Shown: piece by piece, positions 1 through 8,525 of the stretch | Layout of the letters: every line of letters begins with the position of its first letter | Numbering within the stretch: the stretch's first letter is position 1 | Source: an uncultured Actinomycetes bacterium | GTDB taxonomy: Bacteria; Actinomycetota; Thermoleophilia; RBG-16-64-13 | NCBI GenBank assembly: GCA_963841735.1 | Contig: CAWJDT010000004.1 | Coordinates: 32,001-96,000, forward strand | Length of the DNA stretch: 64,000 nt | Direction of reading: 5' to 3' | Notes under the pieces: model-generated | Databases searched by the model: none | Told to the model about the DNA's origin: nothing | Seen by the model: only the letters and a program-made list of their open reading frames with translations | Program-made: the position numbers and the translations under genes

Positions 1-1
1 T

Positions 2-1648
2 GCCGACCTCAGGCCAGACAGCTTCCTGGCCCGCTCGCACCCGAGCGACGTAGCTCGTGTGGAAGACAGCACTTTCATCTGCACCAAGGAGCAGGTGGAG
101 GTAGGGCCGACGAACAACTGGGCTCCGGCGGAAGAGATGAAGCGCAAGATGCTGCGCATCTTCGATGGTTGCATGGTGGGGCGGACCATGTACATCATCC
201 CCTTCTCCATGGGGCCGGTGGGTTCGCCGTTCTCCAAGATCGGTATCGAAGTCACCGATTCGGCCTATGTGGTTGCCAACATGATGATCATGACCCGGGT
301 GGGCAAGGAAGTTCTCGAGGCCCTGGGTACCGATGGCAAGTTCATCCCCTGCCTACACTCGGTGGGTGCTCCGCTGGCCGACTCCGAGGAAGACGTGCCC
401 TGGCCGTGTGAGCGAGATCCCAAGAACAAGTACATCGTCCACTTCCCCGATGACCCCTCCATCTGGTCGTACGGCTCGGGGTACGGGGGCAATGCGCTGC
501 TTGGTAAGAAATGCCTGGCGCTGCGCATCGCCTCGGCTGTGGCACGCAGAGAGGGCTGGCTGGCAGAGCATATGCTCATCCTCGCTCTGACCTCTCCCGA
601 GGGCAAGAAGCACTACATCGCAGGGGCATTCCCCAGCGCGTGTGGCAAGACCAACCTGGCCATGATGCAACCCGCTCTGCCCGGGTGGAAGGTCACTACT
701 ATCGGTGATGATATTGCGTGGATGCGCATCGGCGATGATGGTCGACTGTATGCCATGAATCCCGAGACCGGCTTCTTCGGGGTGGGCCCGGGTACTTCAA
801 TGGAGTCCAATCCCAACGCCATGGAATCTTTCACCCGCAACAGTATCTTCACCAACGCCGCCCTGACCGACGATGGGGATATCTGGTGGGAAGACATGGG
901 TGTCCCGGCGCCGGCTCACGCTATCGACTGGGAAGGCAACGACTGGACCCCGGACTCTGGACGCAAGGCGGCCCACGCCAATTCGCGCTTCACCGCGCCC
1001 GCTGAGCAGTGCCCGGTGATCGACCCGGACTGGCAGGATCCCAAGGGAGTGCCTATTTCGGCCATTCTCTTCGGGGGTAGGCGCACCGGCACGGTCCCAC
1101 TGGTGTATGAGGCCTTCGATTGGGAACACGGGGTCTTCATGGGCGCGGCGGCCGGTTCCGAGACCACAGCGGCCAACATCAGCAAGACGGGGGTACTGCG
1201 GCACGATCCCTTCGCCATGCTGCCGTTCTGCGGGTACAACATGGGCGACTACTTCGCGCACTGGCTGTCGATGAACGGACGCACCGATGCGGAGAAACTT
1301 CCACGCATCTTCTCCGTCAACTGGTTCCGCAAGGCTGAGGACGGACATTGGCTGTGGCCCGGATATGGCGAGAACAGCCGGGTGCTCAAATGGATCTTCG
1401 AGAGGGTCGAGGGCGGCGGCACAGCCGTCGAGACTGCTATCGGCTACCTGCCGACGGCAGAGGCTCTCGACTTGAACGGGCTGGATCTGCCTCAGGAAGA
1501 CCTGGACGCTTTGCTTACCATCGACATCGAGAGCTGGAGAGAAGAGGCGGCGGGTCTGTCGAACTACTTCGCGGAGTTCGGGGGCCGGCTTCCGAAGGGG
1601 CTTCGCAGCCAGCTTGAGGCTCTGCGTGAGCGTCTTCGCGGAGGCTGA
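2..1648 (+). CDS. pckG: Phosphoenolpyruvate carboxykinase (GTP), 5'-truncated by the window edge
   Basis: Frame is open from base 2 ([18 protein letters not shown]). Motifs [50 protein letters not shown]. Confidence 0.97.
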   Translation, partial: ADLRPDSFLARSHPSDVARVEDSTFICTKEQVEVGPTNNWAPAEEMKRKMLRIFDGCMVGRTMYIIPFSMGPVGSPFSKIGIEVTDSAYVVANMMIMTRVGKEVLEALGTDGKFIPCLHSVGAPLADSEEDVPWPCERDPKNKYIVHFPDDPSIWSYGSGYGGNALLGKKCLALRIASAVARREGWLAEHMLILALTSPEGKKHYIAGAFPSACGKTNLAMMQPALPGWKVTTIGDDIAWMRIGDDGRLYAMNPETGFFGVGPGTSMESNPNAMESFTRNSIFTNAALTDDGDIWWEDMGVPAPAHAIDWEGNDWTPDSGRKAAHANSRFTAPAEQCPVIDPDWQDPKGVPISAILFGGRRTGTVPLVYEAFDWEHGVFMGAAAGSETTAANISKTGVLRHDPFAMLPFCGYNMGDYFAHWLSMNGRTDAEKLPRIFSVNWFRKAEDGHWLWPGYGENSRVLKWIFERVEGGGTAVETAIGYLPTAEALDLNGLDLPQEDLDALLTIDIESWREEAAGLSNYFAEFGGRLPKGLRSQLEALRERLRGG

Positions 1649-2976
1649 TGATGTCCGCGCAGCCCGTGGCGCTCAACCCACTGGCGGTTGAGGCCAACGA
1701 CGTCATACAGGAACACGCACCGGCTGTTATGCGGATGCTCTCCGGACTGGGAAGGCAGTTCTATTTCCCCAAGGGCATCCTGACCCAGTCGGCGGAGGCC
1801 AACCAGAAGGCTCATCGCTACAACGCCACCATCGGCGAGGCGCGGGAAGGCCAGCGATCCATGGGATTGACTGCCATCACCCGGCACCTGGCCGGCTTGA
1901 GTGCCGAGCAGGCGTTGCCCTACGCCCCGTCGTACGGCCGCGCCGATCTGCGCAAGGCTTGGTTGGGGGAGATCAAAGCCAAAAACCCGTCGCTGGGAGA
2001 GGCGCCGGTAAGCAATCCTGTGGTCACCAGCGGTATCACCCACGGCCTCAGCACCATGGCCGACATGTTCGCCGACGAGGGCGACGTGCTGCTACTGCCC
2101 GATCTGCTCTGGGGCAACTACCGCATGATCTTCGGAGTCAGACGGGGGGCTCAGATCAAGACCTACCCGCTTCTGGATCTCGACGGTGGCTTTGACGTCG
2201 AGGGCTTTCGCCGCACCGTCGCAGAGCATGCCGGCCGGGGCAAGCTTCTCGTGCTGTTCAACTTCCCCAACAACCCCACCGGCTACTCGATCACGCCAGC
2301 GGAGGCGGAGGCTATCCGCGACATCCTGGTGAGTGCAGTCACCGAGCGGTCCTGCGATGTGGTGGCTCTCTGCGACGACGCCTACTTCGGATTGTTCTAT
2401 GAGGATGAGGTGCTGAAAGAGTCGCTTTTCGCTTACCTGGCGGCGGCTCACCCGCGCATATTGGCGGTAAAGCTCGATGGGGCCTCCAAAGAAGATTACG
2501 CATGGGGACTCCGGGTAGCCTTCATTACTTACGGCGTCTCTGGCGGGGCCGGGGCTTATGAGGCTTTAGAGAAGAAGACCGGGGGTTGTATCCGGGGCAC
2601 CATAAGCAACTCACCCAACCTCTCCCAGTCGCTTGTTCTTCAAGCTATGGCAGATCCTGAGTATCGCGCCCAGAAGGCCGAGAAGTTCGCCATCCTGGCC
2701 GGTCGGGCCGCCAAAGTGCGCGAGGTGCTGTCCCAGCCGCGCTTCGGCCAAGCATGGAAGCTGTATCCGTTTAACTCGGGCTACTTCTTCACCGTGCGCA
2801 TGAACGACCTCGATGCCGAGGAATACCGGGTGAAGCTGCTGAACGACTACGGGGTGGGCGTCATCTCTTGGAACGACACCGATATCCGGGTGGCTCTGTC
2901 GTGCGTAGATGAAGCCGATATAGCCGACCTGCTCGACGTCATGCTCACTTGTGCCCTGGAGATGCAGAAGGGCTAG
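1648..2976 (+). CDS. PLP-dependent aminotransferase class I/II
   Basis: NATIG, NFPNNPTGY, DDAYFG, KLDGASKE..WGLR. Start overlaps the pckG stop (TGATG). Confidence 0.9.
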   Translation: MMSAQPVALNPLAVEANDVIQEHAPAVMRMLSGLGRQFYFPKGILTQSAEANQKAHRYNATIGEAREGQRSMGLTAITRHLAGLSAEQALPYAPSYGRADLRKAWLGEIKAKNPSLGEAPVSNPVVTSGITHGLSTMADMFADEGDVLLLPDLLWGNYRMIFGVRRGAQIKTYPLLDLDGGFDVEGFRRTVAEHAGRGKLLVLFNFPNNPTGYSITPAEAEAIRDILVSAVTERSCDVVALCDDAYFGLFYEDEVLKESLFAYLAAAHPRILAVKLDGASKEDYAWGLRVAFITYGVSGGAGAYEALEKKTGGCIRGTISNSPNLSQSLVLQAMADPEYRAQKAEKFAILAGRAAKVREVLSQPRFGQAWKLYPFNSGYFFTVRMNDLDAEEYRVKLLNDYGVGVISWNDTDIRVALSCVDEADIADLLDVMLTCALEMQKG

Positions 2977-3159
2977 AAGGCTGCCGAAAAGCGAAGTCTT
3001 CGCCACCCGGCGACATGCGGCCTTCAGAACGCACTGGGCGGCACAATACGTCGTCCTCAGTCGCGGCGATAGCGCTGCTCTTCGCGCTCTTTGCGTCCTC
3101 GTCTTGCGCGTGCCAATCGCGCTCTGGTGGCGAAACGTCGCCTTTCAGGAGCCTGCTAG
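2973..3159. mobile_element. Putative non-autonomous MITE: about 35-bp imperfect terminal inverted repeats, CTAG at both ends
   Basis: Left end CTAGAAGGCTGCCGAAAAGCGAAGTCTTCGCCACC; reverse complement of right end CTAGCAGGCTCCTGAAAGGCGACGTTTCGCCACC. No credible ORF inside; lies between convergent genes. Confidence 0.65.
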
Positions 3160-3193
3160 AGCCGGGCCGCTCCGTCGCTGGGCCGCGGCTCAG

Positions 3194-4762
3194 CTAGTCA
3201 GTCGGGTCCAGCGCCTGTTGGTTTGACAATTCCTGCCAGTTCAATATCTGATAGGTGCCCACCAACGGGAAGTGTGGCGGTGGCTGGTGTAGCAGGAATG
3301 GATCATACGTGTTGGCTCCGTTGGTGAACCCGCCACCGCCGGTCGAGTAGCGGTAGGGGCGCAGATACGACGAGACCGATCCGTAGAAGGTGAGAAGATC
3401 GCGGGTGGGTCCGCCCAAGTCGGCCGCCCGGCAGAATTCGGCACCCTGTTGGGCGATCACGGCTGCGTCGATCTCCATATCCATGGTGGAGATAGTCCCG
3501 CCCTTCATGTATGGGGCATAGGCAGGGATCTCGATGTTGTTCTGCGCGATGAGGCCCACCGACACGGTGCCGTCCTTGGCCGAGTATTCGAGGTCGCCGA
3601 TCACGTGGATAGAGGTTGCGGCCCTCTTGCTCGACGGATTCAATTGCCCGGAGCTGGCGATGGTGATGTGCCCATGGAGGTTGGTTCCGTCCACCCACAC
3701 GTTGTCGTTGACGTAGATCACACCGTCTTCTGGGTAGTCATAGGTTCCGGCGGAGATGGGGGAGGGAGGGTTGACCCAGTCCAGATACCCGCCAACCTTG
3801 TTTCCGGTCTGGTAGGTACGGCTTTCGGATTCGTTGGTGACTCTCCGGATCTGATACTTCTTGTTGGGAAGCAGTTTTATGTACCAACCTTGTCGCGAGT
3901 CGTGCACCCCGGCGGTAGAGTATGGGAGGTTGACACCAGTTCCCTGGGCTAAGCTGTTGAGCTCCACAAAGTCGGAGGTCACCGTGCCGAAGTCCACCGC
4001 GGGCACGGGGAACTGCCACAACGCACGCGACGGGTTGCTGGGGAGTACGGTGTAGTCATGTCCGGACCAGACCCCGTCGTGGTTGCCACCGAACATCGCG
4101 CTGTTGTAAGTCCGTCTGGCGCTACTGATGGTATCGGTGACGTTGGCTGTGTCGATGCAGATCCCTGTGTTCGAGTGGGTCTTGCCGTGCCACACACGGG
4201 TGAGAGGGCCGCCGATCCACACCTCTTCGTTCACCAAGAGCACGTACTCGCTGAAGGCAGGCCGCCCCAACTTGGCCGACACGGTGCGGGACTGCTCGAC
4301 GGGCTGATACGATTCACCGGTGACTGTTACCGTGATTTCCGAGTCTTGTGCCGATGGTGGCGTGATCGCCATGGTGTACTCGCCCTGCACGGAGCCGTCA
4401 TAGGGGTCGGTGTAGGCGTAGGTCATCCTGTTGGGGGTCTCCTCGCTTGCGCCGGGGATAGCCCAGTTGAGCTCTTCGTTGGTCGTTCCGCTGGCCACCA
4501 TCCAGAGAGACTGGTTAAGTCCGGCCTCCGCTATAGCCAACGACTGGTTGTAGGCGCGGTCACGTTGTACGTGCTGCTGGTTAACCTGCACCTGAACCAG
4601 CAGCAGCGCGCCCAGGAGGCCGATGGCAACCATGACCAGCATGACCAGTATCAGTACGTACCCGCTTTCGTTGCCACCATTGTGGGGGCGAACGCGCCCG
4701 CGGGCGAATCTGACGATTGACTGGCCGAGTGCTACTACCTTAGCCGCCACTGAGCCCTCCAT
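3194..4762 (-). CDS. PilX-like minor pilin / pilus assembly protein with a large C-terminal domain
   Basis: ESG|YVLILVMLVMV hydrophobic helix lacking Glu5, then ALAIAEAGLN, typical of PilX N-termini. Last gene of the pilin cluster; start uncertain. Confidence 0.8.
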   Translation of the reverse strand: MEGSVAAKVVALGQSIVRFARGRVRPHNGGNESGYVLILVMLVMVAIGLLGALLLVQVQVNQQHVQRDRAYNQSLAIAEAGLNQSLWMVASGTTNEELNWAIPGASEETPNRMTYAYTDPYDGSVQGEYTMAITPPSAQDSEITVTVTGESYQPVEQSRTVSAKLGRPAFSEYVLLVNEEVWIGGPLTRVWHGKTHSNTGICIDTANVTDTISSARRTYNSAMFGGNHDGVWSGHDYTVLPSNPSRALWQFPVPAVDFGTVTSDFVELNSLAQGTGVNLPYSTAGVHDSRQGWYIKLLPNKKYQIRRVTNESESRTYQTGNKVGGYLDWVNPPSPISAGTYDYPEDGVIYVNDNVWVDGTNLHGHITIASSGQLNPSSKRAATSIHVIGDLEYSAKDGTVSVGLIAQNNIEIPAYAPYMKGGTISTMDMEIDAAVIAQQGAEFCRAADLGGPTRDLLTFYGSVSSYLRPYRYSTGGGGFTNGANTYDPFLLHQPPPHFPLVGTYQILNWQELSNQQALDPTD

Positions 4763-5414
4763 CGTACCGTTGCCTTATCAGCACCCGGGTAGAGACATCC
4801 ACGGCGCCTCGTGCCAGCTCCGGCTTCTCGTTCACCACCAACTGGATATTGATCGCCACTACCGCGCGGCGCAGCGCGTCTGTGTTGGGCGTGGTGATCG
4901 GGTAGAGCGAGGCGTTGGTTTCGTCGTAGCCGTAGTAGGTGAAAATGGCGGTCTCACCGTTCTGCACGCCTGAGAGGACGACGATACTGTCCAGCGAGTA
5001 TTCGTCCGGATAGGTGGGCGGGTGTGTGCTCGTGTCGGGTTCAGCCGTCTGCATGCGGAGCGTGTTGTCCGATAGGTAGTACCGCACCTTCTCCGCCGAA
5101 TCGTCTTGATCGATGTCGACGAAGAAGATGAACTCCTGCGTGCCCGCGAGAAGCAGTGAGTCCGAGAGCGAGGTGAGGTTGGAGTCCGACGAGCAGGCCC
5201 CGCGGATGAAGCGGGTCATCTGGTAGATGGCCGTGCGTGCCGTATCCTGGTTCTGTATGCGGGTGGTCTGATCGAACGTGGTGCGGAGGACTCCCAGGTA
5301 AAGGCCGAGTATGGCCGCCGCCACAACGCCGGCGATGAGCATAGTCACCAGGAGTTCCACCAGGGTGAAGCCGCCCTGTTCCCGAAGAAGTCGCGCTGTC
5401 CTTCGTCTGCCCAT
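4740..5414 (-). CDS. Prepilin-type N-terminal cleavage/methylation protein (PilW-like)
   Basis: Class III signal QGG|FTLVELLV. Confidence 0.88.
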   Translation of the reverse strand: MGRRRTARLLREQGGFTLVELLVTMLIAGVVAAAILGLYLGVLRTTFDQTTRIQNQDTARTAIYQMTRFIRGACSSDSNLTSLSDSLLLAGTQEFIFFVDIDQDDSAEKVRYYLSDNTLRMQTAEPDTSTHPPTYPDEYSLDSIVVLSGVQNGETAIFTYYGYDETNASLYPITTPNTDALRRAVVAINIQLVVNEKPELARGAVDVSTRVLIRQRYDGGLSGG

Positions 5415-5417
5415 GCG

Positions 5418-6491
5418 CTACGTGATGGGGAGTTCTAGTTCTATGGTCCGCGTGGTCCCAGCATCGAGAATTACGCCCACCTGGCCCGGCTGCAGCGTGA
5501 CACTGGGGTCGACCGGGTCGGGATCCGTGCCTGCGGTCACGGTCAGGAGCGGGTCAAGCGTCCCTGCGGTCTGGACGATGTGAGGCTGCAGGCTGGTGGC
5601 GTACCTTATGCTGGGGAAAGTGGCGTAGCCGTTCTCGTCGGTCGTGACGGTTTGCGAGAAGGTCCAGGGCTCGATAGAAAGAGATCCGCTGACGGTGAGC
5701 GACACACCAGATCGAGGATAGCCAGCGCCGTCGGTGAGGTGGACGGACAGGGTCGAGAGCCTGTCGATGATGAGCTGTACCACCGTATAGGGAGTGCCCG
5801 TCATGAGCACCAGCCCTTCGGGAGTGGCGGCCGAGTCATAGCCCGTCTTGGTCGCGGTGAGGTAGTAGCTGTTGGTGCTGTCGGGATCGCGCCCGGATAC
5901 CAAGAGATGACCCTGGGAATCCGTGCGAACGGCCGAACTGTAGATGTTCACGTTGGGCACCAGATGTTCGTTCTCAATGCGCAGACGCACGTCGGGTACT
6001 GGGCCTCCAGCGGTGTCGGTCACGGTGATATCTAGGGTGCCTCCGGTGGCGCCGCCGGCGATAATGGAGCTGAGCTGCATCGGGTCGAGGCCTTCGCTGT
6101 CGGTGGCCTTGACGATTACGGTCACCCGCCGGTAATTGGCGGGATAGGGACCGTCGTAGCTGGGATCCGTGACGAAGACGACCTCGCGGGTGATCTCAAC
6201 GGGTACGCCCTCCACGGTCTTGCTCTCGACGTCGAGGAGATCGCCCGAAACCGGCCCGTCCACTGTGCCGATCTTCTCGTAGGGCAGGGCGCGGATGTTC
6301 TCGATCTCTTCGGTGGCGATCTGATGTAGCAGCGAACGTGTCTCGGAATCCATGACGCGGTTGGTTGCTGAGGCGAAGAACTGTACTGTACCTACAACGA
6401 AGATAGCCAGGAGGACAATGGCCACAAGGACCTCGATGAGAGAGAACCCCTGCTCACCGTCAAGCTCGGCTGTCGCTTCTATCCTGTCCAG
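5418..6491 (-). CDS. PilV-like minor pilin with C-terminal beta-sandwich (carboxypeptidase-regulatory-like) domains; probable CTG start
   Basis: The in-frame extension upstream of the called ORF gives EQG|FSLIEVLV. No ATG/GTG/TTG lies between it and the upstream TAG. CTG at 6491 follows an SD-like GGGGGTGA. Confidence 0.8.
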   Translation of the reverse strand: MDRIEATAELDGEQGFSLIEVLVAIVLLAIFVVGTVQFFASATNRVMDSETRSLLHQIATEEIENIRALPYEKIGTVDGPVSGDLLDVESKTVEGVPVEITREVVFVTDPSYDGPYPANYRRVTVIVKATDSEGLDPMQLSSIIAGGATGGTLDITVTDTAGGPVPDVRLRIENEHLVPNVNIYSSAVRTDSQGHLLVSGRDPDSTNSYYLTATKTGYDSAATPEGLVLMTGTPYTVVQLIIDRLSTLSVHLTDGAGYPRSGVSLTVSGSLSIEPWTFSQTVTTDENGYATFPSIRYATSLQPHIVQTAGTLDPLLTVTAGTDPDPVDPSVTLQPGQVGVILDAGTTRTIELELPIT

Positions 6492-6593
6492 GACCTCACC
6501 CCCACCAGACGCCCGCTACTTGGACAGTCGGAGCCGCCCATCGATCGGTGACTTCGCACCCGCGAGAGCGCCGGACGCGCTATCGCCTATCTT

Positions 6594-6621
6594 GTATCGG
6601 TTCAGACGCGGCAATTCGTTA
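6594..6621 (-). promoter_or_regulatory. Putative sigma28/WhiG-type promoter of the pilin operon
   Basis: Minus strand TAAC-N16-ACCGATAC versus consensus TAAA-N15/16-GCCGATAA, about 100 nt upstream of the first pilin. Confidence 0.55.
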
Positions 6622-6634
6622 ATAGTCGACAGTG

Positions 6635-7894
6635 TCAGCTGTCGAGCAGCCGCCAGCGGGCGAAGAAGGGGACGCCCAAGACGGCCACTATGCCCATGGC
6701 GCCGATTCCCCACCTGGTGCCGTTGGCTCCGGCGCTCACACCCACCAGGGGCATGAGTGCGGCGCCAAGGCCCTGGGATAAGCGTTGCACCGCGCCGAAC
6801 AGGCCGAAACCCAGAGCCTGATAGTCTGCCATGAATGTTTGGGCGAAAGCTCCGCGCGCCGTAGAGGCGAGAGCGCCCGAGAAGAGGCCGTGCAGGCACG
6901 AACAAAGCACCACCATGGGCAGCGCGACCGCGACGCTGAACAGAAGGCAGTTGAAGGCCAATAGCACCAGTCCTCCGAGGATGATCTTGCGCACCAGGGG
7001 ACCGGTCGGGCGAAGCCAGGCTACGAAGCCGGCCCCCAGAGCTGAGTTGATGACCACGGCTCCGAATACCAGTAGCAGCGACGTGTCTCCTATGTGCGTG
7101 ACGGCGTCCACGTGGAGCGGGAGATAGAGGGTAATCCCCATGATGGCCGAGTTGAGGGCGAAATAGCCTGCGAGGAACCATCCGGCATGGCGCTCCCCAG
7201 AGGCCTCTCTGAGCAGGTCCCTAATACGGGCGAGTCTGCTCTGCCCGTGTAACGGTGTCGGGCTGGCCGACTGCTGCCAGAGGCCGGGGGTGAGCAGGCT
7301 GGGGATGGCGCAGGCCACGAAGATTAAGGCGGCCGGCACGATGGCGTAGCTTCTCCCGGCGATTCCCGGGATGAGTTTGCCTGAGGTGACCAGACGCACG
7401 AGGCCGATGCCGGCTGCACCTCCCAGGAAGCTGAGGCCCAGTCCGATAGAGGACACGCTGACAACATTGGCCCCAGCTGCGGCGCCGGTCAAGGAGGCGT
7501 TGTAGACGAGGCTGCAGAGCTGGAACAGGTAGTTGGCAGCCATGGCGGCGATGACGATCACAGCGACACCCGCCGGGTGAGACCTAGGAAGAAACGCCAG
7601 CAGTACGAGGATGGCGGCGGAGGAGAACATAGACCCCGCGAACACCTGCCGCCTCCGGTGGTTTTCGTCGGCGCTGACCCCTATGAACGGGCCGGAGAGT
7701 CCGATGGCCCACGACGACACGGCGGAGGCTAGGCCGAACAGCCAGGCAGGTACGCCGAGGTCTGTGACGATCCAAAGGGTCAGGTAAAGGGGGATGGCGA
7801 ATTCGACGGTGGTGTTGCCCAGGTCGAACGCATACCAGGCAGCGCGCGTGCGCCTGCCCGTGGCCGGGTCTTGTCTCGCGCGTACGGTGTGCAT
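6635..7894 (-). CDS. MFS transporter (UMF1/ATG22-like)
   Basis: About 12 hydrophobic segments; N-terminal AWYAFDLGNT; YNASL. TACACT lies 8 nt before the ATG, possibly leaderless. Confidence 0.8.
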   Translation of the reverse strand: MHTVRARQDPATGRRTRAAWYAFDLGNTTVEFAIPLYLTLWIVTDLGVPAWLFGLASAVSSWAIGLSGPFIGVSADENHRRRQVFAGSMFSSAAILVLLAFLPRSHPAGVAVIVIAAMAANYLFQLCSLVYNASLTGAAAGANVVSVSSIGLGLSFLGGAAGIGLVRLVTSGKLIPGIAGRSYAIVPAALIFVACAIPSLLTPGLWQQSASPTPLHGQSRLARIRDLLREASGERHAGWFLAGYFALNSAIMGITLYLPLHVDAVTHIGDTSLLLVFGAVVINSALGAGFVAWLRPTGPLVRKIILGGLVLLAFNCLLFSVAVALPMVVLCSCLHGLFSGALASTARGAFAQTFMADYQALGFGLFGAVQRLSQGLGAALMPLVGVSAGANGTRWGIGAMGIVAVLGVPFFARWRLLDS

Positions 7895-7946
7895 TTGACC
7901 TTAGTGTACTATGACTACTTCGTACAAGAAGCAGCGAGGTCTTGGC

Positions 7947-8504
7947 ATGAACAAGGGCGAAATAGGCCGCGGCGACTCTACTGAAGGCGGTGCCGTGGGG
8001 GCGCCGTCTGTGCAGCTCTACCAGGAAGTCCAACGCTTTCGACAGTGGCTGTTCGTGGTGCCTCTGGCGATAGCCACGGTGGTCATCTGGTGGGCGTTCT
8101 TCAAGCAGGTGGTGTTGAATGACCCCTCGGGGGAGCAGGCTTTGCCCGGATGGCTGGCCTGGGCGCTGGCCTTCGTCTTTGGCTTGGGCCTTCCGGCCCT
8201 AGGTTGGTCGATGCGTCTGATCACCGAAGTGCGGCCAGGTCTGCTTTGGGTACGGCTGAGTCCGTTTCGGGGGATGCGCATCCCCACAAAGGAGATCAAC
8301 AGCGCCTTCGCCCGCGAGTACTCGCCCATCAGGGAGTACGGGGGCTGGGGTGTGAGGGTCAGCCGCTCGGGCCGGGCTTACAATGCCTACGGTAACAATG
8401 GGGTACAACTGGTGTTGAGTGACGGGAGCAGGATCCTCGTCGGCAGCCAGCGGTCCGCGGAACTCGTGGCCGCTCTGCGGCTCGCCGGAGCCGACATCGA
8501 GTAG
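7947..8504 (+). CDS. Membrane protein, DUF6141-like (two TM plus bacterial PH-like domain)
   Basis: YQEVQRFRQW, two TM segments, YSPIREYGGWG, AYNAYGNNGVQL..G..ILVGSQ. Confidence 0.75.
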   Translation: MNKGEIGRGDSTEGGAVGAPSVQLYQEVQRFRQWLFVVPLAIATVVIWWAFFKQVVLNDPSGEQALPGWLAWALAFVFGLGLPALGWSMRLITEVRPGLLWVRLSPFRGMRIPTKEINSAFAREYSPIREYGGWGVRVSRSGRAYNAYGNNGVQLVLSDGSRILVGSQRSAELVAALRLAGADIE

Positions 8505-8525
8505 ACGAGGAGTGAGTCCGACCGG

